Assembly (NCBI GenBank): GCA_964234715.1
Contig: OZ174280.1
Origin: Podarcis melisellensis
Lineage: Eukaryota
Strand: one strand, 5' to 3'
DNA length: 64,000 nt
Shown: positions 39,809 to 53,583 of the stretch, one piece after another
How positions within the stretch are numbered: position 1 is the first letter of the stretch
How the letters are laid out: every line of letters starts with the position of its first letter
Translations under genes and position numbers: made by a program
The notes under the pieces: generated by a model
What the model was told of the DNA's origin: nothing
The model's input: only the letters and a program-made list of their open reading frames with translations
The model's database searches: none

Positions 39809-40031
39809 TAATAAGTAAGGTGCTAATGCAAGTAAGGTGATCAGGTATTCTCTCCCTGAAAAGTCAAATCAGAGTCCAGTTACCAGCACCAACCCAGAAT
39901 ACTTCAGCTTATATTGGACCTACTCTTGCTAGATAAGGACTACCACAATGAATCTCTCTAAATGTCCTTTTCTGGTCCCATAGAGGAGCACATGGAGAGA
40001 GGCGAGTGTTGCAGCACTAATAGAGAGCTGC

Positions 40032-40146
40032 TAATAATAATTTAATAATAATTTATTTCTACCCCACCCCTCTGACTGGGTTGCCCCAGCCACTCTGGGC
40101 AGCTTCCCCATACAGGGCTGCCTTCAGATGTTTCCTAAATGTTATA
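40032..40146 (-). mobile_element. L2-related 3' end fragment (second copy 50657-50742)
   Basis: (AAT)n tail and GGTTGCCCCAG(C/A)CACTCTGGGC(A/G)GCTT shared between both copies. Confidence 0.6.
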
Positions 40147-43100
40147 TGAGATAATAAAAATAATTTATTATTTGAGCCACTTGCTCCAACAAGAGATAAA
40201 AGTGAACTTTTGAGCCTCTGCCTCCAGTCAACCTCTTATGCTGCACCCTCTTTGTTGGACAGTCCTTAAAGGGTCAGCCCTCTAGCTTGAAGGTGGTGAC
40301 TTTTGCTGTGCTTCAGGGCCTTCCACTATGCCGTTGGACTGGCATAGTAGTATGGTAGGCCATTGCCCTTGAGAGTCCCTGGTGTGGTTCTGTGGGTTGT
40401 CACATCTGATTCACTGGGCTCCTACCAGCCAGCCTCAGGCTCACATGACCCCTGATCACCGGCTGAAGAGGCAATGTGGCCCAGCTCATCAGATAATGGC
40501 ACTCTGATTCTGTGTCCTGATCATTGCCAAACTCCATGATCATAGCACTCATTAAACTCAGCTCCTACACTTTGAGTAGATTCTCAGACAGGCCTATTCT
40601 TCATCAGTTTAAGGTTATGATCTTAAGTGAAATCAATTTCATTGAAATCAGCAAATACTACATAAATATGTTATGGCTGTGGTGAAAGGGTTAAAGACTA
40701 CACAATCTTCAGTACCCAGAAGCAACTTTGAGGGCATGTATACCAGGAGCTTCTTTGAGAATTGCACATTGGTGTGCCACAAATTTTCAGTGTGGTATCA
40801 GAAATATGAATGATACTCATATAAATGGAACAAGCACTTTCATTCACCTATAAAAGTTAACTCCTCTTCAGTGACCATTGATATGTATTTCAGGTGCCAA
40901 ACTGTGAAATTCAGCACATTCTTCTCATTGATAAAGTTTTCATTTGGATCTAAGAAGGACCTATTGTAATCTTTTTGTCTCAGGGTCCTGCTCATGTATC
41001 AGGCATGGTGTGGATGGTGTGGATGTTCCCACTTTCCTGGGCACCATCAAGGGGCCTTGCATTGACAGAACTTTAGTGGCAGAAGATTATGGTGTTTGGT
41101 TGCTTAATGTGAAATCTGTCACCCAGGAAACACTGTGCTCTAAGACAATATCAATAGAAATACTTCCTCAGAATTTGAAGGGATTATTTTGCAATAAAAG
41201 AGGAAAAGCCTACTTACTCTGCATGAATTCCCTTTCACTCTTGCTAGTCTCTTTTCAGGAGTTAGGGAAGGGGAGGTAGTGTGCATATGCAGGTCTGCCT
41301 AGCAGGAAGACCAGAATGATTATTTTCTGAATAATGTGTTTGCATGGTCGGGGCCAGTGTAATGGAGGAGTGTTCCTCTCCAGTGCTGGGAGTAGTAAAG
41401 TTCCAGCTGTGTTCTAAGTGAAGGTTGCTTCTCTCTTTATTTTATTCATTAGAAATATGAAGGGGGGTTATTCTTTACAGCACTCCCCTGTGTCAGTCAG
41501 GGTGATGTCCTGACGCATTAACCAGACATTGAAAACGAATGCTACAGACATGGAATTAAAATTGCAGAGGAGGTGTTACAAATTTGTAATATCTTGAGTG
41601 TAATGCATTCAGTGATCTCTGGTAACTCTGAACAGAAAATGTGTGAGTGAAAATTGGTGGCTATGTTTGAAATGAGTGGTTAATAGAATGTTGCTTAATG
41701 TATTGCTCTTTTGTATTTGAAAAAGTATTCAAATAAAGTGGTTTCACCCCCCAAAAAAATGCAGAGTTGTAAATCTGGACAGAATTCAGTGTAGTACATT
41801 GATGTGAAACTTAAACGGGAAACAGTGTGTTTAAGAGAGCTGCCTGCAAGTGGATTCACATCTCATGGTGCATGCACACATTTCTTTTGTTCCACTGTCA
41901 CATCTGATCAAAAAGATTGGGAATTTGTTTTGAAGCAATACAAGACCTGCCAAACTTGTTATCAGAGGCATAAGGGAGATGACTGTACTTACCACGAGCA
42001 GCAATCCCTCTTTCAAATTGCCTCCAGCTCTCTGAAAAAACCCACTATTATTTGACTTTCCTTTCAGGACTGGTTCGTGACATTTTGCTGCCTAAGGTTA
42101 AAGACAGGAGAGCACCTTCTCCCCAACCAGGCTGGCAGCTAAACCTTACTTCAACACTGATGACACTGCATTACACTGAACCTGAGCCCTTGCTGCCTCA
42201 ACATGGCCTTCACCCTGCACCATTCAGGTAAGTGGCAGGGATGCTTGTGTCAGGAGGGTATCTCTGTGGCACCACCACATGCACTGATTATTTCTGCAGC
42301 AAACTTGTTTAAGTGACTCAGGTCAAGCTGTGTGGCATACATAGCTCTGTCCTCCAATACAGAGGAATGGTTGGGGATGATCAGAAGGAACAGCCAGGGA
42401 TATGTCATCTGCTGCCTGAGGCAGCTGTCTCATTCTGATCCTGTCTCTTTGGGAACAGCAATGGAATTGCTGCCTAATATGCCCCTAGAGTTGTGAGAAG
42501 GCATTGATTTCTATTTCAACTCATGTTCAGCACATGCAGTGCTGTTTCTTTTCCACTGCAATTTGACTTCTGACAAAATTTCATTCATCAGCTTGTGCTA
42601 TGCAATCAATTACATTGTAATTATGTTATTCCACACCGTTCATTTCAGTGCAAAGGAAACACAATGCAAATGGGTAGGACCATCAATTATGTGTCAGTTG
42701 TATGAATTGTATTCACTGGATTGATTTCCATTTCTGGCATAGGACAAATAAGCAAATTTCAGCAAATTCTGCCGGAAATCACTGACATCCCTAAATATTA
42801 CCTAACAGTTCTGTCATTAAAATATCTTGATATGTTTATTTGTTTCTCCAAATGATGCAGTGCACAGGTTGTGTGCCAAATCATTCACCTCTCTCTCCTT
42901 TCCCCCCTTGTGCATATTCCTGTACTTTATTCTTTACACTTACGGGTTGAAATGCACAGTTGTCAGTGGAGGGGGAGTTGCAATACCTTCTCCATAGCCA
43001 TTCTCCTCCCCAGATCCACAAACCAAAACCCCCTCACAGCTCTATTCAGCCCACGCACACTACTAAGTCCTCCATCATCACTCATACACAGGCTACAATG

Positions 43101-45514
43101 AGCAATTTCTTCCCTTTTCCTTTTCTTTCCATCATTACTTCTCTTGAAATGACATTTCAGATAAGATATATGAGCTTATATTTGAGCTGCAGCAGACAGC
43201 ATTAAGGAGAGGTTAAGCGCAACATCCTTTGTTAGCGCCTGGCTCCCTAGTCTAGTTCCTTGCTTCTGCAGCAGCTCTTGCAGCCTTTTTTTCTGAAGCA
43301 GCTTAACCTCTTGCCTGTTTCATCCTTAGGTCTGTCCAACCCTGGCTGACTATATCCCTGGAACAGTCCTCCTCTATCCAACAGAACCACATTTTTATAG
43401 GTCTCCCCATTTGCATTGTGGGTTCTCCTTCTGAGCAGAGCCAAGCATCATTTTTTAGTGTGGCTAGGTGGAACTGATGACAAAATGCACCACTCTACAT
43501 GTGGCTCTTTCATGTACTTCTATGGATCTGGGGCTTAATATACTTCCGGCAACAAATACTAGGTCAGTCTAGGGCCAGAATGCTTATTTGAAGTCATGCA
43601 CCTAGTGTTTCGGAGCTGAGAATTGCACATTGGGTTCTCGCTTTGGGAAGCAGAGCTGAAGGTCGTTCATTAAGTAACGAAGCTAGATCCTTAATGAATG
43701 GAAGAGTAGGCTGAATAAGCCAGAGTAGCTACCATGATTTGTTGTCGTGTTGGACTCCTGAATCATGAAAGGTTAGGAAGAGCCACTTTTTTCCAAACTA
43801 CTCTTCTCAAGAGCACTGCAGCCTACTATAATTGAATTGTGGCAAGAGATAGCTCTCCTACAGTGAAGCAGAAAACACATACCTGGGAGTAAGTCCCATT
43901 GAAGGGAGTGGGACTTCCTTCCAAGTACTGTAAATATGTAATGGGTTGCTGTAAGTGTGCCCTCTTTGTACAAGCATATATGAAAACTGGGAACATTCAC
44001 AAAGGTGATGTGGTTTTGTTTTGTTTTTTAAAAGTTCCTTATCCCTTTTCATGCAGTAATGAAAATTATTATTATCTAATAAAACAGAAGTCCATCAACA
44101 TTTGCTGTGCCCTTATACTTATTTCCAGTGGTGGAATCTAGTCTTAGTTGTTCACCAAGTCAATTTGAAGCAAAATATCTGTAACTAAGAAGGGATGGGA
44201 CACCTACCCAAGCTTGAACAATTACATTAGAATTAAATTCATGGCTCCATTTGATAATTAAGACAGACATCTCCTTTAGTTTGTCATTGTATTGATGAAT
44301 TGAGCTATTGCTTTTACATTTGATTACTGAAGTCTTATGGCTACCATTTCACCCTTACTGCTCTTGAAAATTGTCTTCCCTAACTACATGGGCAAGCCCA
44401 GAGGGTTAATGTTGGGGGAGATCATAATTGTTATTTTTGTAAGCTTCTTATACAACATTTGCTATTTTGGTCAACCATATGTATTAAATGAGTCTGTTCA
44501 GAATCATGTAATTATATACACATGGTAAGCAGGGCCTTTTGTTTTGTTTGTTTTGAATTTCAGTGTTTCCTGAATTACAGCATATCATTTCTGTTTTAAT
44601 GGGAATAAAGTCAAATGTAAGTTCCACTATCTGGATGTGAAACATGGATTTTAAAAAAATCAATGGCAGGTTTTTCTTGGTATTTTCATGGTTGCGTCAG
44701 CTGATTTTAATTCATAGATTAATTGGGTAAAGTTTTAATTGCTCTTGTCTGCTCTTATTGAAGTCAATGAGGCCTCTGCTTGCTTGTTTGCTTGTTTAGA
44801 GCTCTTTTATCCTCTCAGTTTGCTAACATTCCTAAAGCAGCAGTATCATTCATACCACATAGAATTCATGCACGAAATAAAACAATAAATAGCAGAAGAC
44901 AGCACAAGAGATATAGAGCAGCAATATAATTTAAAAGCCACCAAAAGTCACCACCCCCTTTAACTGGGCATTGAAAGATTAATAAGGCTGTATTCCAGAT
45001 TCTCAAGTCTATGGGGGAAAACATTGCCATGAGCTTTTCCTTTACATTTTTAAGGTATCTTACATAAGGAACGAGTCCTTCCCTTCACTATCCTCAAAAG
45101 GGTCCCTTGCAACTCTACAGTTCTATGATCAGTGAACCCTGTTCTGCCATCACAGGCAGCTGCCTCCGAATACTTGTTGCTGAGAATAACAAGTGGGGGT
45201 GATGCTGTTTCACTCATGTCCTGCTTGTGGGCTTCCCAAGGCAGCTGGTTGGCCCCTATGAAAATAGGGTGCTGGACAAGAAGACTTTTTAAGCTTTTTG
45301 TGAAACAAGTGTCTGACTGGGTGCTGCACTGTAAAATAGGAGACTTAAACCACTTTGAAAAATAGTAATTTTGGTCCAGTTTTGTAGTAGAGGGGTTACA
45401 TGTAGATATGGGAACATATTTTTTTCAGAGCAGTATGCCAGAGTGCCAGAGTAATTGACAAACTCTTCCTGCTCTGGCAAGTGAATGAGGTGATAATGAG
45501 GCTTTCATGGTTGT

Positions 45515-45825
45515 TTCGAATCTGTGAGCTCTGTTGCTCTGCTCCAGCTTCTGCCAACCTAGCAGTTCAAAAGCATGCCAGTGCAAGTAGATAAATAGGT
45601 ACGGCTGAGGCGGGAAGGTAAACAGTGTTTCCATGTACTCTGGCTTCCATCACGGTGCCCCGTTGCACCAGAAGCAGTTTAGTCATGCTGGCCACATGGC
45701 CCGGAAAGCTGTCTGTGGACAAACACCGGCTCCCTTGGCCTGAAAGTGAGATGAGCGCCACACCCCATAGTCGCCTTTGACTGGACTTAACTGACTAGGG
45801 GTCCTTTTCTCTTTTTTTACCTTTT
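45515..45825 (+). mobile_element. Sauria-type SINE, 5'-truncated
   Basis: Reverse-complement homolog of 6538-6911 with a TTTACCTTT tail. Confidence 0.88.
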
Positions 45826-48800
45826 AAGGCAGCTTAGCATACAGAAAATCAAACAAGCAGGAAAATGTTCAAGCACAGGCTAGATACAACTATCCTTTTC
45901 TTTGATGGGGTTCCTACATCATGCTAGCAGTTTGCATAGTAACACTTATTTGCAAGATTGTTTTTTTAATTCAAATCTAAAGTTGCATTTCAGCTGGTTG
46001 ATGTTACCGTATTTCCTTAAAGCCCAATGTGTTTTACAAGCTAAACCTCTGCAATCAGAAGTAAGTGTCATTGAGTTAAATTCAGCTTACTTCCAGGAAA
46101 CTATGCAGAGCATTTCAGTCATGCTGATCCTAATAAATTGAGTATTGAGCTATATACTGCTGCTGGGGGGGTGTTGCACGCACAGCTATATGGCTATGGA
46201 CATCCCTTTAGGGGTGTGGCTGTAGGGACTACCACTATGACCCCTTGCACTTCAAAATTTATCAAAATTGCTCCATGTATTAGAATTACAAAGGTCTCTA
46301 TTAGGCATTCACATTAAAAAAAAATCCACACACCTCAAAGGCTATTTAAGCTGCCTGTAAGAAACCACCTTCCCTTTTTCAGGTGAGGCTGTTGCTTAAT
46401 GCTCTCCAAATTGCAATTCCAGTCCAGCTCCTGGTTTCTGAAAGAAAGAGGAAAGCATTTTCTCCCTTTTTAGATCTCAATTAGATTTGGCTTTGAAGGG
46501 AACATATAAAATGCTTAGGTTCACTTTTTTCTTTTTTAAGCCATGTTCAGCTTCTCCAAAGGGATGTTTGGGGAGGGGGCACTGAGTGGGGAGTGCTCCT
46601 GAATGAGGTTTTTAAACATCCCTTTGACAGAGTCATTTGATTTTTACAGCAAGAACCCACAGTCGGCCTGAGCTCACCACAGAGGCATTGCCTCAGGCAG
46701 TACAGGAGTTTATAGCCTAGGTCAGGGATCCCAATGCATATTTTACAAGTACTCTCAAATGGCACTTTAGCCTTTGGCAGGCAGGTGTAAGTCGGAAAAG
46801 GCTGCTGCACACAGAAGAGAAAGAGCATCATCCCTGTTATCTGCAAGGGCAAATGAGCAGCAGATAGAAACCCAGGAAGGAAATGTGAGAGGACTTTAGG
46901 CTGGGGGTGTGGAAACACAGCACTCCTCACGGCTAAAGAAAGTGCACAAAATATTGCTGTCAAAGAATTTGTTCAGCAGTCTTCCCTTTCATATGAATAA
47001 TCTCTTTCATATGAATATTAGCTAAAATAGTGTACTGCCTAAAATAATATCGTTTGTATCCAGTTGGTGTTGATATCAGTTTTGGTTGGTTTGACTTAGT
47101 TCCCCAAATGCTTTCCTAAGGATAAGGAGCCAAAACTGCATTCCTTTCTCATTCCTGCTCCTTGTTTTAATACCAGCAAGGATCTTTCCACACCACACAT
47201 TTTCCACAGTTGCACTATGCTCACTCAATTTTAAGAGGTCTTCGTGATACTGTCATAGGTGCCCTCCTGTTCTTCCATCTTTTGTCGAACCACAGAAAAT
47301 CCAACTTTTTAATTAAAAGTGTGTAAATAACTGATGATGTGCTTTTGACTTGTAGAGTGATGTAAAAGGTGGATGAGCCTATCACCTGCATCCATGTTTT
47401 CAGGCACCTTCTGGTTACCTTTTCAGTTAAAAATACAGGTTTTTTTATTCAATCTTGTGGTTTGGGGGGGCAATTTTATATTTAGAAACTATTAAAAAGT
47501 TCACAGAATAATGTAAGATGAAGATATGTTAGTGCCATTTTATTCAAATTTATAACATTATTGAAGTAATCACATCATTCATGCTGTGCTTTTAAGAAAT
47601 GTTTTAGCACACTTCTTTTCTTAATGATTTAAAATTTTGATGGGGGGGCAGAAAAATTATTAAAATGAGGTGCTCAGGTGAATTCTCTTTCCCCGTCTAT
47701 AGAGCCATGCCATGCCCTGTATAAGAAACACAGGAGGATGAATTCCACACAAAATGCAGTATTTTTCAATTTGTACAACTACAATTCTGCATGTAAGTTA
47801 CAGTGGGAGAGAAGGACTTGGATAGCATTAGGAGCCATCAGGATGGAAGCACCCTATAATTCTGAAGTAAGGAAGAAGAATAATTACTGGGCAGGCTGGT
47901 GATGGATCCCAAGTACAAACAGCACTGAACTAGCTGTGTTAGCTCCAAGTTGCTGGATAGATCTAGGATCCAGTGGATCCTTGGCTGGCCCATCTCTGCC
48001 CTGCCCTCATATAGGGGCCTTAGTCTTCCAGTCTGAAAACTGCTGGCAATAGTCTGGCAACAGCCCATTTTGTTGGCAGGCAATGCAGGGCACTCTGTGA
48101 TAGCTGAGCCTTGCTCCTCACTAGCAGGTATGGGGAAAACGTCCAACACACAGCAGCACCAGCTGGGGGGGGGGGGTGTCAGTATTGCTCTGCCCGTTGT
48201 CAAAAGTCATACAACTTTCTGTTACTAAGTTTTCTACCTGTAAAACTGAATAACAGCATAAAGGAATGATATTAAAGCAGTGAGTACATCTACTACTAGA
48301 TTTATAGCTACCTATACAGAAAGCTGTACTAAAATGATTTCATGTTCTAAAGACTTATTAATCACCCAGTTAATAAGTAAGGAGAAGCACCCTGATGGAA
48401 CTGTCTCCATCCACTCTCTGTTGGTTATGCTACAACGTTATTCTGTTTAGAAATGGAGGAATCCAGGCAGAACCTGCCAGGTAACAGTTGAGATCTCCCC
48501 AACCTGGTGATGGTAGGTGGCCATTGTTGCCCAAGACCCAGAAACCATGAAGTTATGTCAGTAAAAGCAGTTGGCATATCTTCACTCAAAGCAGAAGAAA
48601 ACTCATGGCCGAACAAGGGCTGCTTCAAGGGGATAAGCCCCAGGTAAATCTTGTCCTGCTTTGGTCTGGCTCATGCCAAGAGGCTGAGAAACCAAGTTTA
48701 AATCACAGGAAATCCTCACAAAGCCGCCTTCAGTAAGCTGTGTGCGCTCCCAGAGTTTCATGTTCCGACACACCTCCTCTCCCTGTTTGTAAAACAATCT

Positions 48801-49662
48801 TTTTAATTTTCTGGTTGGCTTGGCAAATCACAGCTGCTCGTTCCCCAGAGCTGCCGAGTGCATTTGCTCAGGTTCCTATTTACATACAGTTGGGCTTTTA
48901 ATTTCCTTCTCACCACACATTTTATAAAGAAACCATCTGAAATGCTGCAGATGGCTGAGAGGGGGGAACCATCTACAGGTCTCAGATCTGAAAGCCCAGC
49001 GTGAAAAAGGCGAATTTCACTTAACAACAGAGCCCCTGGTTTGTTGTGGATGCCCCATGGCGAGGGTTGGCTTTCCACTCATTATTTCTTTAACTCAATA
49101 GCTTTTACAGTTACCCAGTCTGAGCCAAGGTACTTGAGTAATAATTGATACATGCCACTGAGAGAGGCTTATTAAACACTAGCTTTTGAAGGGTGAAAGT
49201 GGCTGTCCTCACAGGTGGTAACAAGCAGAGAGAAACCCGGGACTGGAGGGAAAATTAGCTCTCCTTCAGCATCTGTTATCACAATTACAATACGAAAAGG
49301 GCTGCCACAAGAAGACTCCTCCTGCAAACGCCCCCATTCTAGAAAATGATAGGGATTTTCTCAGCTTGCTGCATAATGCAGCTGAGTTAATTACTGCCAT
49401 TTTGCAGAGCACTGCCCAATCCCACTACCAAACAAATCCTGAATAGAAACAGAGGGTAGCGAACAGGAATTGCTAATTCACTAGCAATGGGGTTGATTGG
49501 CAATAGGGATTCTCCTTTGCAGGTTGGAGGGGGGAACTAATTGGCGCACTGTAGTGATTAATACACTACAATTTGTACACATGGTGATTATGGAGATAAT
49601 TTATGCATTCCACCAATGATTATTTCTGCACTATTAAAATCAGTAGCACTATTAAAAGCAGT

Positions 49663-49710
<48 letters not shown>

Positions 49711-49712
<2 letters not shown>

Positions 49713-49893
49713 TTTCGTAGATTTTCACGGGTACAGGAATGCAGGTTTTGGTGTCCTCGGGTGTCTTCCCGTGTAAAAGTTGGGGTGTCTAGGCGACGTT
49801 TCGACGAGGAAACCTCGTCGAGTGAGACCTCGTCGAAACGTCGCCTAGACACCCCAACTTTTACACGGGAAGACACCCGAGGACACCAAAACC

Positions 49894-49898
<5 letters not shown>
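49711..49898 (-). mobile_element. Penelope-like element remnant: 3' pLTR plus 28-nt tail, and an inverted pLTR copy
   Basis: Perfect 71-bp inverted repeat 49739-49809 / 49828-49898. Only the left copy has an extension. Contains CTCGTC-GAAACGTC, the 3' half of a minimal hammerhead. Flanked by (AT)22. Confidence 0.75.
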
Positions 49899-49943
<45 letters not shown>

Positions 49944-52216
49944 GAGTTCATCTCCTTAATACGGATATTTGAATTTCACACACCACATTAGAAGTGCCGT
50001 ATAGATGATCATTGCCTGAAACAGGGGGGGAAAAGTATCTTGGCTATTCTGTTTTATGAAAGCGTTCTTGAACCTTTTTAACACTGTTAATTAACAGCAA
50101 TAGAGCTCAAACTCTCAAGAACTGAAGCCATACTAGGCTTAGGACAAGTCAAAGAAGAGGCAAAAATCTGGTAAGCAAAGCTCTTAAAATATTCACCTGT
50201 TGCCTCTCAAGTCATATACAGGCATAAAGCATTTCTCAGCGTGTTTATAAAATCATTATTTGTTTTGCCTCCATGTACCCCTGCTTTATATTTAAGAGCA
50301 AAGTAGGTTAGAGATCCATAGTGGCATCTGTTTGTGTGTAATTTCATTTTGGCTTAAGAGCTTCGACAAGTCCCACTGGAAGTGGTTGGAATTTAGCACA
50401 CATGGATAAGATTGAGCTACACAAGTATGTGCTCTCAAAATGTGTTTGGACAGAACATCTGTTTTTAAAAGGATATCTTAAGTAGTTCACAAGGCAGAAT
50501 TAGCCTATTGAAAAGATAAGGTGGATGCCTGGAAAAGCACAGGTTGCTTATCACATGCTTGATTCAGACCTGATCCACACATACTCAGTCAGAAGTAAAT
50601 TCCATTGAATTCAGTGAGATTTACTGCCAAGTAAGTGTGTGTAGGATTCAGACGTTAACAACAACAACAACAATAATAAATAAGTTTATTATTTATATGC
50701 TGCCCATCTAACTAGGTTGCCCCAGACACTCTGGGCGGCTTTAGAAGTGTGGTTGTTGTGCAAACTGATTCTATGTATTTTCGGTTGGAAGTAAGTCCTC
50801 CTACCTAAGTTTGAAATCCTGTGCACACTTACTTGTGATGGGAATAAGCCCTATAGACACAGTGGGACTCACCTTTGAGTAAACATGCAGTTGACTGAGC
50901 TATTAATAAAGGTGTGAGCCTAAGCTGTTCAATGGTATTTACTCACTGGTAAGTCATAGGTTTGGGAGAGAACTAAATAAACAGTTTGGATCTAAACTTA
51001 CCTATTTAAAAATATATTATTGACTCAGCATGCACAGTTTAGTTATACTCAGATGCACCGTATTCTTTTGTCAGTTTCCTCATTTAAACAGGACCTGTGT
51101 TAAGCGTTGTGATAATTGGTTCATTAAAAACAGACACCCATTAATGAGAAAGGGATAATAGCTTTAATACACAGGGGGAGTGATAGTGTAAGGCACATGT
51201 CTTTATTCTGAAACCTTAACAGCTTATTCCTTTTACTAATAAGATTGGTTTATTGTGACTCTGCATGTTTACAAATCCCATGCATAAGTTATTGACAGGC
51301 TCTGAAATGCCATTAGGAAGGCACACTGCTCTCAAAACATTGGAGCCTGGCCTTATATTTGCCCAGATACTCTGGGCACAACCAAATGTCATTCTGCTGT
51401 GGTATCAATATTTGAGCAGATCTGCTTGTAAATGGCCAGTTCTAGGCATAAATGTTTCACAATTGTGACAGATAAACTCAGCCCTGCACCCAGTGAAAGC
51501 TTCTCTGGATGTTAGCCATGACTTTACAAGAAGCCTCTGCTGAGACAGCAGGAGGAGGAATAAATGTTCATTTTGGCAAAGTTAGCAACTACTTCTGTGG
51601 TGCTGGGGCAACCCACAAGACCTCCTCTCCCTTGGAAATTGTAGCCATCCTTCCTCATAATGCAAGCTAAGCAAGCTTGATCCAAGTTCAGAATTTGGAC
51701 AAAAGATTGACAACGACTCAGGTTTGTTGGTTTGTTTGAGAAAAACTGTGTGACTTGTTTTTTAACATCGCCTGAGATGAATGTAGGATTGATTTTGGTA
51801 AAAAATAGAAACTGGAAAACCACACAGGTGCAGAACAAAAAATAGCTGAACAAATAAGGAATGAAATGTGATAAACTTGACACGTGTTTTGAGTATCATT
51901 CTTCATCATTCCTTATTTGTTCAGCTACTGTATTTTATGCTCGGGAACCTGAGTCAGGCCATTAGTGCATGTAGCTCAGTATTATCTACACTGGCTAGCA
52001 GCAGCTTATCTGAATTTCAGATGGCGTCTCTCCCAGCCCTACATGGAGATGCCATGTTTTTACATTTTTTGTTGCAAATGGACTTGTAATGGAAAATTTC
52101 TGTGGTGCCTCACTTCCCTTGATGCCCTAAGCACATGCTTATTTTGCTTAATCCAAGCCTGGGTAGATACCCTAAAGGTAGATTATCTGATGTTGATCCA
52201 TGGCCCTGAATTAGGG

Positions 52217-52322
52217 CAGGGTGGGGAACCTGTGGCCGTCCAGATCTTGTTGGACTCCAACTCTCACCAGCCGCAACCAGCATGGCCAATGGTCAGATAG
52301 GATGGGAGCTGTATTCCAGCAA
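52217..52322. mobile_element. hAT-Charlie-like MITE, truncated
   Basis: CAGGGTGGGGAACCTGTGGCCGTCCAGAT...GGATGGGAGCTGTATTCCAGC. Confidence 0.7.
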
Positions 52323-53540
52323 GTGTACCAGCTCAAAGTGTACCAGCTCAAAGGGACTGAGCCCTTTTGGCCCTCCCTATATTTTTGGGGTTGGGGCTGC
52401 CCTCGCTCCATGTTCCAGAGGTGAAGCATGGAGCCAACTGTGGTGCGGCTCCAATGGCTGGTTCCTTCTCCTTTTCCTACTATGGAGGGGAAGGAGGGTT
52501 GAAGCAGTCTCCTGCTGGAGGGGGCATCAGGAGGAAGTGAAGAAGGAGCCACCAGCCAATGAAGGCACACAGCCACCAATGAAGGCACACAGCCACCATG
52601 CGTGTGACATTGGGATGTCACAACATGACGTGCATGGCATTCCCCCCTCCCCCTGACAAATTGCCTTCATAAGCTGGCACCTCTGATCTGGAAAACCATG
52701 TTCCCCTCTCCTGGCCTAAATTGTTGTAGAGTAATACTGTTTGTTTCTGTATTTATTACATTGTGTAAGGGGCTTTGCAGTTTTTTGACAGGATGAACCA
52801 AATATAAGAACCTTGCACTCATAATAGGGCAATATTGCAGCATGAAGTATGCAAGAAAGAAGGTGTATGTCTTAAGCAGAGGTAGGAAGGCAAAAAGCAT
52901 TAAGGTGAAAAACATTCCAATGATGTTAGGAAGAACCTGCAATAATATTTCACACAGAATGGGAAAGTATCTAATGGATGGATATCACTTTTAAAAGAGT
53001 GAACAATGGGAAAGGCTTACAATAATATTTCACAAATTGGAAAGAAAAGGTCTCTTAAAAGTGGTAACATTTGAGATGAGTGGCACAGTCATTTATGAAG
53101 CACTTAGAGCTTAAATTTCCCCCAGACAAAAGTTCTGTCATTCTTGCAAAGTGCCTCATGATGACATATAATGTGGGCAAAGTGGCATGCACACATACCC
53201 AAAGGAGAGCAGGAACAGCATCATAAAAAGGTTTTCTATTGACACAAGATAATAAGGGATGATAACTCTAACTCTGCTTGCAAATCTATTGTCCTCTAAG
53301 AGGCTTGCTCCTTTCCCATCATTAAAAAAGAAACCTGCAAAAAGGTGCAACATTTGTGATTCATGCTATTATTCCTAAAGTTTGATATAATATCATCTTA
53401 GCTAGATTAATGATATATTCCTGTGAAAAGCATAGTTAGGTTTATGACTCTTGTTAACCTCATCTGGTGTAGTTGGATCCTGTTCACTGTAAATAAAGAA
53501 ATTGCAACACTGGAGTTTACTAATGGTGTGGGTGTGGGTG

Positions 53541-53542
<2 letters not shown>

Positions 53543-53581
<39 letters not shown>
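53543..53581. repeat. (CA)n microsatellite
   Basis: Direct reading. Confidence 0.95.

Positions 53582-53583
<2 letters not shown>

Noticed and set aside
49652-49991. Mirror-image ORFs on both strands (99 and 76 aa)
   Set aside because: Artefacts of the palindrome and the (AT)n tracts.
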